From NCBI GenBank assembly GCA_004431415.1, contig QPMI01000603.1, positions 210,159-274,158 of the forward strand: a DNA stretch of 64,000 nt, given 5' to 3'. The notes beneath the pieces were generated by a model that was not told the DNA's origin, made no database searches, and saw nothing but the letters and a program-made list of their open reading frames with translations. This document shows positions 34,488 through 45,790 of the stretch, piece by piece (positions within the stretch are counted from its first letter, which is position 1; each line of letters starts with the position of its first letter). This DNA comes from Cyanophora paradoxa CCMP329 (taxonomy: Eukaryota; Plantae; Glaucophyta). Position numbers and translations under genes: made by a program.

Positions 34488-34744
34488 GCGGCTTCCTGTG
34501 CCCAGCCTTTCGGGCGCAGCTGTAGAGTGCTAGGTTTTCGTTTTCGTGTGGCCCTAGTCTTGGCATGTGCATGTGCTCGTAGCTGTGCTGTGCGCATGCT
34601 GTGTGTGTGCCATGAAGGAATAAATATGGGCTTTCTTATGTGTGTTTGAGCTTGCATTGCGTTTGTGGTGCTTTGTGGTGGACACTAGCACTGGCTTGGC
34701 CATGTGCATGACTTTGTGATCACTCCAAGAGGCTTGTGATTATC

Positions 34745-37700
34745 TTTTTTTTTTGCAAAAGTGGACGTCGCATTGATACACCACGGCACATGTATCAATG
34801 TTCTACGTGACGTGCCCTTCCGACCGGTCATCTATCTAGCCGAGGGTGCTAGCTAGGTGCCGGCCATGGGTCGCTCAATATGGGAGGTTCGCCTGAGTGG
34901 GGGAGCCATGGTTTTCGGTGATAGCCGTAACCAGACCCACGCGCCCACCCCTTGATCAACTCCTCCATCCCTCATGAGCCCTGGAAGTGAAATGTCTCGC
35001 AGTCCGCCGCGCGCCCTCCCTTGCCGCCGCTCCGCCACGCCTCCTCCTCCCCACTCCGCCTCCTCCCTCCTCCTCACCTGCGCCCCAGGACCCCGATTAA
35101 TCGGTGTCCCGTTTTGTCGAGGTGAAGAAGGTGGTAGGAGGAAGATATGAGGAAGGAGAGGGAGTGGGCGGAGGCAGCAGCTTGGGGCGGGCAGCGGATG
35201 CGGGCAAGGCAGGGAGAGGTGCCGGGACGGCAGAGTGGAGAGAGCGTGGGCACTGACAGGCGACGCAGAGAGCTGGGAGTGCGGAGACGAGGCGGGCCGC
35301 GAGGGTCGGGAGGGGTCGACCGGTTAGAGGGGGGGCCGAGGCCAGGGGGTGGCCGAAGCCATGGGGTTGGCCGAAGCCAGGGGGTGGCCGAAGCCGATGG
35401 GGTGGCCGAAGCCAAAGGGGGGCCGAGGCCATTGGGGGGCCGAAGCCATAGGGGTGGCCGGAGCCAGCGGGGGTCTGACACTTGAGGGCCGGTTGGGGCC
35501 GGGGGAGACCGTAGGGGCCGAGGGGCAGCGTCTTGCGAGGTCCCGAGCGGGGGGTCAGCTGAAGCAAGGGGGGGAGGGGAGTTGGCTGCTTGCAGCGTCG
35601 TAAGTGGTTTGTACACTCCGGGTGCAAAGAGGACGTGATTGTGGGTTGCCCCGTGGGTATCGGCACCGTTCGCGCTTTTTTGGTCATGCGCCTGGGAGTC
35701 TTGCGGCCGGTTGCCTTTCTTTTTGCCGTAGGTACGGGCGGGGCGGTGTAGAGGCGGGAGGGGAGGGTCGCGGGGCGCGGGCATTTGGTGCCGGGGCGGA
35801 GGGGGTATCGGCTGTCCGTTTACGTGAGGCAGGCGACGGGCGTGTTCGTTTCGGGGAGGGGCCAGGGGGGCCCCGGAGCGGGGCGTTTGGAAGGTTGGGT
35901 AGTGTTCGTAGGACCCGCGGGCGAAGCGGGCAGGATGCCAGTGTCGGAGTTCTCGTGTGACTGTCGTGCTGGGGTACCGCAGGTGGGAGGCAGGCAGGAG
36001 GTGATCTCAGGGCGGGCGGGGCATTTTCCCCGTCTGGCGTCGGAGTGGGCCTGGAGGGCAGATGCAGAGGCGAACCGAGTGCCGCAGGTGCAGGAGAAGT
36101 CAGACGTCCGGCGGCGGGTCCTGCATCGGGCAGCTGGGGGAGGGGGGCCTGGGGTGAGGGGCGACGGGGAGTCGTGCAATTGCTTGGCGGAAGTTTTCCA
36201 AGAGAATCCATGGTTGGCCTTCCGAGCCCAATTCGCAGCAGAAGTCGGTGATGGAGATGGTATCATGGAGGGAGGGGGCGGGGGGAGGGCGGGGGGGAGG
36301 GGGGGGACTGGGCGGCTGCACTAGAGGCGAGCGGGAGGGTTTGGAGTCTGCATGTTTGCGGTACCGACGTTTGGTTCTGTCATTGATGCCGTGTCGGAGC
36401 TCCCAGGCGTGGTTGCGGGCGCAGCGGTCTCTCCAGATCGCACGGAGGTGTTGGTCGAGGAGCAGCGCTAGGTCTTTTTGGATTGACGATGAGGTGGTCT
36501 TGTTGATGCCCAGAGCTGTGCAGAGGGCAGGCAGTCCTGCCGGGGTACCGAGGCGCAGGAGAGCGAGGGCGGGGAAGGGAAGCATGTCGGCCAGGGCCGG
36601 GCTGAGTTTTTTCCATAGTGTATCGGCGAGGCCGGGGGGGCGGAAGAGAGCCGGATTTGCGGTGGGGGAGAGAAGGGCGGAATGGAGGGAGAGGCGGGGT
36701 CAGGAGAAACGAGGCGGAGGAAGGGGAAGAGTTGAAAGATGGTATCGTCGTGTCCTAGTGGTTTGGGCGAGTGGCGGAGAACCCGGGTACGGAGGAAGGT
36801 CACGAGTGCGTCCTGGAAAGCTTGGAGAAGGAGGCGAGCGGCGGGGCAAGTAAATATGTGGACGAAGTCTTCGGGGGGGTGGGTTGTGGGGTCGGGCGGT
36901 CTGGGGTCTGCGGCCACCGGTGGGGAAAAGGGCGAGGGGGAGCCCGGGGGGTGCATGTGGCAGGGGCGGGGAGGGGGGGGTGGGGAAGCAGCATCTTCGG
37001 GGATGGGGCAGGGGTGGGAGGGAGTGACAGAAGGGCAGTGGGCGGTGCCGTCGGGAAGAGAGGGCCGTAGAGGTCGGGGTCGTGGAGGAGGCGGATGGTG
37101 AGGGAGGGAAGGCTTCCAAGCATGCATTGGAATCTGACTTTGCGGAGGTGGTCGCCTGTGGGGGTGCGGCGGTCCGGTGGCTTGTCGGACACTAGGGAGA
37201 GGGCTGGAGCGAGGGTAACATGGGGGTTGCTGAGGATGGCCCCCGCGTTGCGAAGTTGGCGCCAGTCAAGGTATTGGGAGAGGGAGGCTTCGGCTAGGAA
37301 GTGAGGGCGGGGGTCCCCCTCGACGCGGTACGCGTGGAGTATGCCTCGGTAGGGCTCGGCCCCGGGGACTGGGCCGTGGGATAGTGGGGGCGGGAGGCCA
37401 ACACGGATGAGGAAGCATTTGAAACTGTGGGGAATGAAAAGAAGGGCGGAGAGGGGGCGTCGGGGCTGTTTTAGCAAGCTTGTCAACGGCGTCATTGTGG
37501 CGGTTGTCAGGGTGTAGGCTGGGTTCGGGATACGATTCTTAGCCGGGGTGCGGGCCGCCTCTTTCTGTGCGGCTGTTTTGGATGTTTTGGCGGACCGTGG
37601 TTGCGGCAGGGTGGCTTCACGGTGAGCGGCTTCAGTTAGGATGGACGCCGCTTCGAGTGGGGTAACGTGGGACGGCCGGAAGAGACGGCGCGCTGTGGCG

Positions 37701-40700
37701 GAGGCTTCGTTGCGAGCCAGGTTGGCGAGCTGAGAGGCGAGTTCTTGGGCGTAGCGGGCGCCGGGAGGGAGGGGGGCGGCGGGCCCTTCGGGGCGGGGCG
37801 GGGGAGACTCAAGCACAGTTGGGGAGCGCGGGAGGGCTGGATGGTTGGGAGAGGATGGTGGGGAGTCGAGGGTAGGGAGGGTGCCGCCGGTGGAGACTGG
37901 GGGGCGGCGCGGCGGATGGGTACGCCCGGGGAAGGTCGGCGGGGGCCGGAGGGCCGGGAGGGTTGGGCTGCAGCATAGGGGGTCAAGGGTGACGGACCCG
38001 TAGCAGAGGCTGAGGGCAATATATTCACGGTATCTGCGGAGCGCTGCAGCGTCGGCCTGAATGTAGGCTGGGGGCGGGGCAGGTCCGACGGGTAAGTGCT
38101 GAGGAGCGACTGAGTAGGTCAGCTGTGAGGAGGAGGAGTGGACCGCAGGCCGTGCTGTTTGGGGGCTGGAGAACGGAGAGGGATGTCTCCGGGCGTAGAT
38201 AGGTCCATCTGCAGAAGGGAGTGGGGGGGAGGGGAGATCCAGAGTCGCGCTGACTCCAAGTGGCCGCCAAGTCTTGTGCAAAGGAGACAAGGTGATCAGG
38301 GACGTCGAGGGAGCCATTGTAGAAGTAGAATGAGCGCGTCTGTGGAAATAGAGCAAGTAGGTGCCAGTGTCCCGGAGGTCTGCTGGAGGAAGGGGTCAGC
38401 GAGGGGGCTGGTGGGGTCTGTTGAATTGGGCAATAGGTGAGGATGGGGACGAGAACGAGGCGGGCATCGAGGAGTCGTCCGTGGGGGATGTATCGGTGTA
38501 GGGGGAGGAGGGCAGAACCCCGAGAGTCGAAGTGGGAGGCTGCGCTAGCAGGGTAGGAGCTGGACGATAGGAAGTGAGCAGGGTGGGGCGAGGCCAGGGC
38601 GGCTTCACGGGAAGAGAGCAGGTCAAAAAAGGCTTCCACGAGGGGGAGGCTGAGGGGGCATTCGGACGGAGGTATAAAAGGTCGCCTCGTCGAATGAGTG
38701 AGTAACAGTGAGGGTCGGCTCGGGGGCGGTGGGAGGGGGGCTTCGACGCGAGGGTTTGCTCCGCGCAATAATCATTGTCTGCGAAGCGGAAGGCATTCCC
38801 CAGCCAGCTTTTCTCCGCCAGCGTCAGCGGGCGAGGGAGGGGGAATTCAGTCGGGTGGACGGGGGTTCGGCCTGGGGAGGCAAGCGCAGCTGGGTGGGCC
38901 GCGGGCGCCGGAGGGCGTGGGATTGAGGAGTGGGCGTGGGAGGGGGTGGAGGATGCGGGGAGGGGGAGGGAGTTGGGGGACCGGGGGTGTAAGGGCGGGG
39001 GGAAGGGGGGGACGGAAGGGAGGGGGGTGGGGTCTCGTTTGCGTCGGACCCGACGGCGGGCTTTTGCTGCCGTGTGCTGGAGGGGCGGGAGCTGGTGCGT
39101 GGGTCGTGCGCTGCCGTTTTGTTGTGAAAGCCGGGCCGTTGGCCTGGATTGTCCCCAGGAGGACCTCAGGGTCCCGGAGGAGGAGAGCGGCCGCCCAGCG
39201 TTCCCGGTAGATGGGGCGTGGAAGGGGATGGGGCGGCCCCGTCCTTTGCCGTACAGGTGGACTTCCTCGCCGCGGCCAATGAACTCAGCGGCGGTCATGA
39301 CGAAGAGAGCGTCTTCACCCGTGTGGACGTGTTTCCAAGCTTGCGTGGGGAAGGTGCTGGTGTCGTATTTCCAGGCCGAGCGTGGAGAGGGGTCGCCAGG
39401 GCGGAGGGTCGCCGTCCACCATTTGAGGACCCAGTCTTTAAGAAGGACCGTGACGTCGGAGGCGGGTTTGCGGGTGACGTCCAGGATGCGGATTTCGCGG
39501 AGGCGGGCTGAGATGATTGCTAGTCGCCAGGGTCGGGACCCAGAGGGTGGTAGGGGAAGGAGAATATAGTCGTACTCCGTTGGGGAGAAGGGGTGCGGGA
39601 CGTAGGATCGGTCCGTTAGCGGCCGGCCTGCGCGGGTCTTGAGCGAGAGGGTGGAGGGGGCTGTGCCCATGAGGATTGAGGTTGCGTGGGAGGACGAAAG
39701 AAAGAGGCACTTGGGGTGGTGGGGGCGTGCAGCCGGAAGGAGACTTGCCGGTTCTGAAGAAGTCTGAAGAAAGCGTCAATGGGTTCTGCAGGTATGGGTT
39801 GTTCGAGGAGAAGGGGTGTGGCCAGGTGGGCCCCAGACCGGGGGTTGGGGTCGATGAGGGAGAGAGGAGCCGCTCTAAGGGCGGCCAGGCGAGATTTTAT
39901 GCCATCAAGGAGGGGAAGTACTCGGCGGTCATACCGGGGGCCGTCAGGATCGATGGCAGCCGAGTAGGGAATGGCTCGGCGGCCATATCGTTCGAACAGT
40001 ATGGGGAGGGCGCCGGTTTGGTCGCGGAGTGGGAAAGTGGGTGGGGGGCCGGGCGGGGCGGGGGTGGGGTGGCAGTGCGGGCAGGATAGGGCAGGTCCCC
40101 GTGCCCATTGTTCTGCGATCAGGGAGGAAATGGGGAGTCCCCACATGCCAGGATCACAGCGGTGGTACGCGATCGGAGGGGCACCAGCCTCAGTTTGGGA
40201 GGTGGGGGCAAGCGTGAGATCTTCGTCCCAATACCAGGCGGGGAGAGGCGTGTCGCGGTCGGCGGGGACAGCCGGTTTGCAGAGGGAAGTTTGATAGAAA
40301 GTCCAGCTGGGGCCGGGGGCCCGAGGGTGGGCTAAGTGGTGGTCGAGGGCGAGCTTCCTTGTAGGCCCGGGGTCGGGGTATTCGGCGTCGGGGGGGTCCT
40401 CGGGGAGTGGTTGAAGGAAGATTGGGTTGGGAGGGGAGTAACATTGGAAGGAGATGTTGCGAGTGATGTTTTTGCGTCCGAAGGCTTCTAGGAAGGCTGA
40501 GTAGGCGCGGAGGATGTCGCAGTCCGAAGTGATGGTGAGATGTTCGTCGGAGGGGAGGAGAGCGTGGTTTTTGGGGATGCGGATGCAGCGGTTCCAGATG
40601 AGAGTTTCCTCCGCTGCGAATGCCCGTTCGAGTCTGGCCGACGCGAGGGGGACGAGGTCTAGGATCAGGTGGGTGTTGGTAGTATCAGAGGCGTTGACAT

Positions 40701-41874
40701 ATTCGGCTAGGTCTGCCTGGCAGCGGAGGAAGTTGTAGTCGGCCGGGCTATCTGCTAGAATATATGTGCGAAGATGCCGGCGAGGCGGAAAGAGGGACGA
40801 GAATAGCGACGGGGGGAGGGGCGGGGAGGAGTCGTCCGAAAAAAGGAGTCGGGCGTCGGGGATGTCCATTCCACCAATATAATGATAAGGGGCCGAGGCA
40901 GGGAACGTCTGCGGGGCAGTAGGTGGGGGGGCAGCTGGTCCGCTGAGGGGGACGCGGGGTCGGCGGGGGAGGAGGGGACCGGGCGTCGGGTCGCCTGTGG
41001 GGTTGTAGCCGTTGCGGTTGGCCGCGGAATGGTCTTTGGTTGGTGAGAGGGGACCCATTGGAGCGTGATTTGGAAGTTTGGGTCTTGAGCGATACGAATG
41101 GCGTATTGCGTGCGAGCGTTGAGGAGAAGGGCCCTGTCTTCTCGGCGGAGCAGGGTGCGGAAATTGATAGGGTGGGAGAAAGAGGAGGGTCTCGGAAGGC
41201 GAAGGCTGTCAGGGCCCGGATAGTGTTTTGGCTGTCCGTGATAATTTTCCCACCCGTGGGCCCGAAGTACGTGAATGCTGCGGAGATCGCGCCTGCTAGC
41301 TCTCCCAGGTTCACGTTGTGTTGGACACCGGGAGGCGGTGGGCGAACTCGATGTGGTTAGGTAGGTCGGGATTATTTTCGAGGGGTGCAAGGCCGGCGTA
41401 GGTGGTTCGGACTGATGCGGAGCCCTGTTTTTGTGTGCTGGCGTCCGTGTATATTACCCGGGGAGTAGGGTCGGGGGGAGGAGGTGGGGAGTTTAGGGCA
41501 CGGAGCGTGGGGCAGAGCTCAGCGAAGAGGGCTCGGGAGGTGGCGAAGAGGAAGTCGAGCCCGGCCGAGGAATCATAGAATTCGCGGTCGGCTTGTGAGG
41601 GAGGGTTCCTCGGGCGTGGGCGTCGCTCGAGGGCGACATTGGTGGCCTGGGCTTCCGCGCGGAAGGAGTCCCACCAGTCAGTTTCCCGGAGCCAGAGGTC
41701 GATGAAACCAATATGTGTGATTTCGCGGGGGAGGTTGGGAGGGGGGAGTTCGGGGTCATATTGGGCGGAGGGGGTTTCTGAGGAGGGGTCGAGGCGGGCT
41801 TTTTTAGCTGCTCTTGTGGGTTGAGCGCGGGTGGGCTGTTGTCCTCTGAAGCGGGAGCATGGGAAGGCGGGGGC
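34745..41874 (-). mobile_element. 3' half of a non-LTR retrotransposon (LINE): RNase H, two Ulp1/C48-like domains, zf-RVT-like finger, C2H2 finger, short poly(A) tail; cut by the viral insertion
   Basis: RNase H: VIYTDAS..ELAGAI..IITDSQN..LQWVPSH. Protease: GHWHLL..FYNGSL..QPPNSTACG. Finger: LGSLPS..C..C..EDFVHIFTC. Also IWRDRC and CTCGTRFASASALQAH. T10 at 34745-34754 reads as the A-tail on the minus strand. No RT lies within the window. Confidence 0.75.
35330..35467. repeat. 18-bp minisatellite, about 8 copies (GGGGTGGCCGAAGCCA core), near the LINE 3' end
   Basis: Direct reading of repeated GGCCGAAGCC / GGCCGAGGCC units at 18-nt period. Confidence 0.85.
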
Positions 41875-41981
41875 ACACATAAATAAAAACAAATTTTAAT
41901 CCCTCGCTCTATCGCTCAATTCGCGCTTCGCGCTCATTTCGCTCTGTCGCTCAGGATTAAAATTTGTTTTTATTTATGTGT
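41875..41981. repeat. Terminal perfect 28-bp inverted repeat with 51-nt loop
   Basis: ACACATAAATAAAAACAAATTTTAATCC (41875-41902) pairs with GGATTAAAATTTGTTTTTATTTATGTGT (41954-41981). Confidence 0.95.
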
Positions 41982-42283
41982 AAATTAATCGAAAAGATTT
42001 AAAAAATTAATCAAACTTTTTAATTAAATCAATTAAATTTAAATAAACTCGATTAAATTAATTGGAATGATATCGATTAAATTATGATTTTATGAAATTT
42101 ATACAAATTTTAAATAAATTCAATTAAATTCAATCGTAAAATACGTATTTCTCGATTGATTAATTGATATAAACGCGATTAATATGTATTTTATGCAAAT
42201 TTGATATAATCTCGATTGAAGGAACATAAATTTATGATATATTAACGATTGAAGTAGTCCACCGCCCATATTGTATCGTAAAA

Positions 42284-42662
42284 CAAAAATGACCCCAGAG
42301 TTGCATTATGTCCAATTAAACAATCGATGAGATTTCGGGAAACAAAAATGACCCCAGAGTTGCATTACGTCCAATTAAACAATCGATAAGATTCCTGTTA
42401 AATTTCTACTGTATCAAAAATGACCCCAGAGTTGCATTATGTCCAATTAAACAATCGATGAGATTTCGGGAAACAAAAATGACCCCAGAGTTGCATTACG
42501 TCCAATTAAACAATCGATAAGATTCCTGTTAAATTTCTACTGTATCAAAAATGACCCCAGAGTTGCATTATGTCCAATTAAACAATCGATAAGATTGGAT
42601 TCTGTTTTTTACTGTATCAAAATTGTGTTTCAAGTGTAACATGTCCAATTAAACAGTCGATA
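42284..42662. repeat. Subterminal tandem array: 5 full and 1 degenerate copies, alternating 59/72-bp period
   Basis: CAAAAATGACCCCAGAGTTGCATTAYGTCCAATTAAACAATCGAT starts at 42284, 42343, 42415, 42474 and 42546. Confidence 0.95.
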
Positions 42663-42669
42663 ATCAATG

Positions 42670-42946
42670 TGTAACAGGTGAATCCCAAGGTGTAACGGGT
42701 GTAACAGGTAAATCCCAAAGTTTTGGATTTTTCATCTCCTATGAGGAAAGTTTGGGAAACACCTGTTACACCTGTTACATGACACTATAATCAATGTAAG
42801 GAATCGAATATATTAATGCTTTGTTTGATAGATGTAACAGGTGAATCCCAAGGTGTAACAGGTGTAACAGGTAAATCCCAAAGTTTTGGGTTTTTGGCCT
42901 CCCTAGGAGCAAAGTTTGGGATTTACCTGTTACACCTGTTACACCT
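42670..42946. promoter_or_regulatory. Two iteron-palindrome modules (TGTAACAGG repeats in inverted arms); putative replication origin
   Basis: Module 2 has a perfect 32-bp IR (42851-42882 / 42915-42946). Module 1 spans 42670-42779. A third, inverted copy lies at 52092-52183. Confidence 0.6.
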
Positions 42947-43200
42947 GACGATATTCAATAAGACATGTTATATTTCTTCAAAATCTCAGTGTGATTAACT
43001 CGGAAATCGCGCTGCTATCTGCTTCTCCGCTTTCTCCAACCCTGAAAAGATCTCTGTTATTCTCTCATCTATCAATTTAGATATTACGGAGGTCTTACTT
43101 TCAAAAAATGATGCTCGTGGGCAACCCAAAATGATTTAAGGAAGAAGCGACAGTATAGAGTAAACCGGGTAAAAGATTTTCTCAGACGTAATTCAGTGTC

Positions 43201-43818
43201 ATGGCGTATCTCTTCGAAGGTGAGCCGATCTTCTCGGTTCCGATTGCTGAAATGCGATTTGGTGTGAAGGATATTCTTGATCTTGCTGAAACTATTGAGG
43301 TTTTGCATCGAAAGATTGGAACATACTCTTATCCTGGAATGGATCAAATGGTTTGTTTTGGTTATTTTCGGAGAAATTCGGATCGGATTTGTGCGAGAAC
43401 TCGCGATGATCGGTTCTTCTATAATCATGTGAATTATAATGATCATGGTAAGTTTAGCCATCTTAATGAAGTGCGTAATGCTGAACTTGATTTCATCGTT
43501 GTTGTTAATTTTCATGATCTTCTTTTCAACACTACAAAGACTCACGATGACGTAATTAATGCAATTGGGATATGCTATGGACAAGAAGAACATCGTGAAC
43601 GTTACTATTTCCACATTCCAAGAGATCTTCGTGCTTATCATGCTAAGTTTGAAGAGCATGGATGGAAGATTGTGAACCGAGCGACTCTACGTAAATACCT
43701 TAAACAAAATGGCGCTCGTTGGGTTCGCGAAAACAACAGATGGTATACAGAGGATCAGAATGGTGTTGTCGCTGATATCTTCAAACCATATATCCCAATA
43801 GCTAATCGTTTCCAATAG
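43201..43818 (+). CDS. Viral hypothetical protein with DUF5710-like C-terminus
   Basis: 205-aa ATG ORF. YFHIP...KYLKQNGARWVRENNRWY resembles the GARWD..K.WY motif. Confidence 0.5.
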   Translation: MAYLFEGEPIFSVPIAEMRFGVKDILDLAETIEVLHRKIGTYSYPGMDQMVCFGYFRRNSDRICARTRDDRFFYNHVNYNDHGKFSHLNEVRNAELDFIVVVNFHDLLFNTTKTHDDVINAIGICYGQEEHRERYYFHIPRDLRAYHAKFEEHGWKIVNRATLRKYLKQNGARWVRENNRWYTEDQNGVVADIFKPYIPIANRFQ

Positions 43819-44703
43819 CTACAAACTCCAACTGAAACGAATTATCGATACCATTCATATCTACAAGATCACCAAAATAATCACGAAATTCAACTGTTAA
43901 TTCACGAATAACAAGGTTTTTGTCTGTTATTTTTATGTATTCACCATGCTCTCCGCTATGGTAAACATACTTCCCGATGTCCTGACTCAATTGTAATCGC
44001 AAGATCGCGCCTTGATTCTGCGGTTGCGATTTCGGGACTATATTGTGGTTGGATGCAAAAGAAGAGAGTTCTTTGATGTGCATATACAAGTATTGCTCAG
44101 CGTTCATATCCGCCATCTTTGGACTTGTTGCTTTGTGTTGCAACGGCACTGGATCTACACCTTCAAACGTAATTCCCCATTGTGGGTGATCAGGTGTTAT
44201 TGGTCTTCCTGCATACGATAAGAAATTCTCAGGAGCGAATACAGACCTGTTATCTTCTAAATTGTGTTGCTGGCTTACCAATAATGCAGAACTCAGACCA
44301 AGTAGTTTGGCGATTCTATTGTTTGACGCTGCTATTTCGAATGGAACGCTGCTATAAAACTCTAACTTGTATGTTGTCGGGTTGTAGTATATCTTAAAGA
44401 ATGTATTTTCAAGAACTTCGTAGTTTAAACCGTAATTATATGGTTGAGTAACTCCAAAGTGTCCTTGGTTTATGTAACCACTTGGTAATGGAATACTTGC
44501 TGATTAAGGATGAAACCACCAATGTTATAACGAACTATAATATAATCGGTTCCAATCGAATTATAAATGCTGTTGGGAATCTCTGCATATAAGATACGAC
44601 ACTGTCGCGGTCTGGTTATTGGTGTGGTAAGTGAGACCTTGTAAGCATTTTCTTTCTGTCCATCTAATCGATCTCTACTATCGACATTGACAAGCCGAAT
44701 CAT
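43802..44703 (-). CDS. Minor capsid (penton-like) protein 1, frameshifted
   Basis: N-terminal VNVDSRDR..YAEIPNSIYN and C-terminal YLYMHIKEL..IRELTVEFRDYFGDLVDMNGIDNSFQLEF, typical of PLV/NCLDV penton-like proteins. Confidence 0.75.
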
Positions 44704-44731
44704 TTTATTATATGGTTATAGATAAAAGAAG

Positions 44732-45736
44732 ATGCCTGTGGAATACGTTGAAGTGTCTTCCTTCAAAACAATACCTAATCTGGATGCTCCAACATCACGA
44801 TTTGTTGCGGATCTTCCAAAGACGTATGAGAATGTAAGAGCGGTTCGCCTCGTCTCCGCTGAATTCTATAACTCCATCCCACTCATTAGCGGTGAAACAG
44901 AACCTGGGGATGCAACAATAGAGGATGCCTTTATTATCAATTTCAGCCAAAAGTCCACATCCACCGGTGCAAATGCTCCTGAGATTCTATATGATAGTTG
45001 GCGTTCTATTAGACCTGGTGCAGGTCTAAAAACCCCAATCAATACTCATCAGCAACTCGTTGCCCGAATCAATAACCGTTTTGAGAATCTCTCGCCTCCT
45101 TCTGCAATTCGCTGTGGTTGGGATGTAACCGCAAAAAGAGTTATCTTTTATGCTCCTGTGGAATTCTATATTTGCTTCTCATATGCAAAAGATCCTTCTG
45201 TTTCCGCAATCGAGAAAGCGCTACGACACGCTCGAATCTTGGGTCTGGATGCTGGACGCTGGGGAAACAAGTTCATTAAATCACAGACCTATGGAACAGA
45301 TACAAGCTCCGTTTTTACAGGTGCAAATGTAAACGGTATTATCTCAACATTCCCAACTGAGACCTGTAAAGATAACGTCTTTTTCGTGAGAGTAAAAGAA
45401 CTGGGTGACCTCGTCCAATGTGCCGATGGTCTCCTTACTGGATACTTCCATAAACTCATGGTTCAAGATAGAGAATTTGCGGAACACGTTTTTTACAATT
45501 CGACGGAAGCAAATCCGCTGTATAAATACTATAATAAGAAGATGTCACTATCGCAACTATCGGTAGATGTTGTGAATGCTCAAAATGAATTAATTGATTT
45601 CGAGGGGCAACCTGTGCATCTGACATTCGAGATCCGCTATGGTGATGAACCTGCCGGCGATCCGATTTATGAGTATTTCAAAATGAGAATGAGAGAAACC
45701 CACCCCTTCTATCCAAATATTGCGGGATTCGCGTAA
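44732..45736 (+). CDS. Minor capsid (penton-like) protein 2
   Basis: FVADLPKTYENVRAVRLVSAEF..FFVRVKEL..LSQLSVDVVNAQNELIDFEGQPVHLTFEI. Confidence 0.75.
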   Translation: MPVEYVEVSSFKTIPNLDAPTSRFVADLPKTYENVRAVRLVSAEFYNSIPLISGETEPGDATIEDAFIINFSQKSTSTGANAPEILYDSWRSIRPGAGLKTPINTHQQLVARINNRFENLSPPSAIRCGWDVTAKRVIFYAPVEFYICFSYAKDPSVSAIEKALRHARILGLDAGRWGNKFIKSQTYGTDTSSVFTGANVNGIISTFPTETCKDNVFFVRVKELGDLVQCADGLLTGYFHKLMVQDREFAEHVFYNSTEANPLYKYYNKKMSLSQLSVDVVNAQNELIDFEGQPVHLTFEIRYGDEPAGDPIYEYFKMRMRETHPFYPNIAGFA

Positions 45737-45790
45737 ATTAAGGATCATTCACAGAATTTTTATATTTTTGTATAGTAAAAGCAAAACAGA

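Noticed and set aside
1-41874. Hundreds of long overlapping Pro/Arg/Gly/Ala-rich ORFs, including the 971-aa ORF 18017..20932
   Set aside because: Expected from stop-codon scarcity in very GC-rich DNA. The 971-aa ORF crosses an element junction and introns.
42284-42662. CRISPR-like appearance of constant repeats with linkers
   Set aside because: Linkers are themselves repeated (A-B-A-B), short and unequal, there are no cas genes, and the context is eukaryotic viral.
43084-43659. 191-aa minus-strand ORF and similar antisense ORFs over viral genes
   Set aside because: Shadow frames of better-supported opposite-strand genes, with no motifs.
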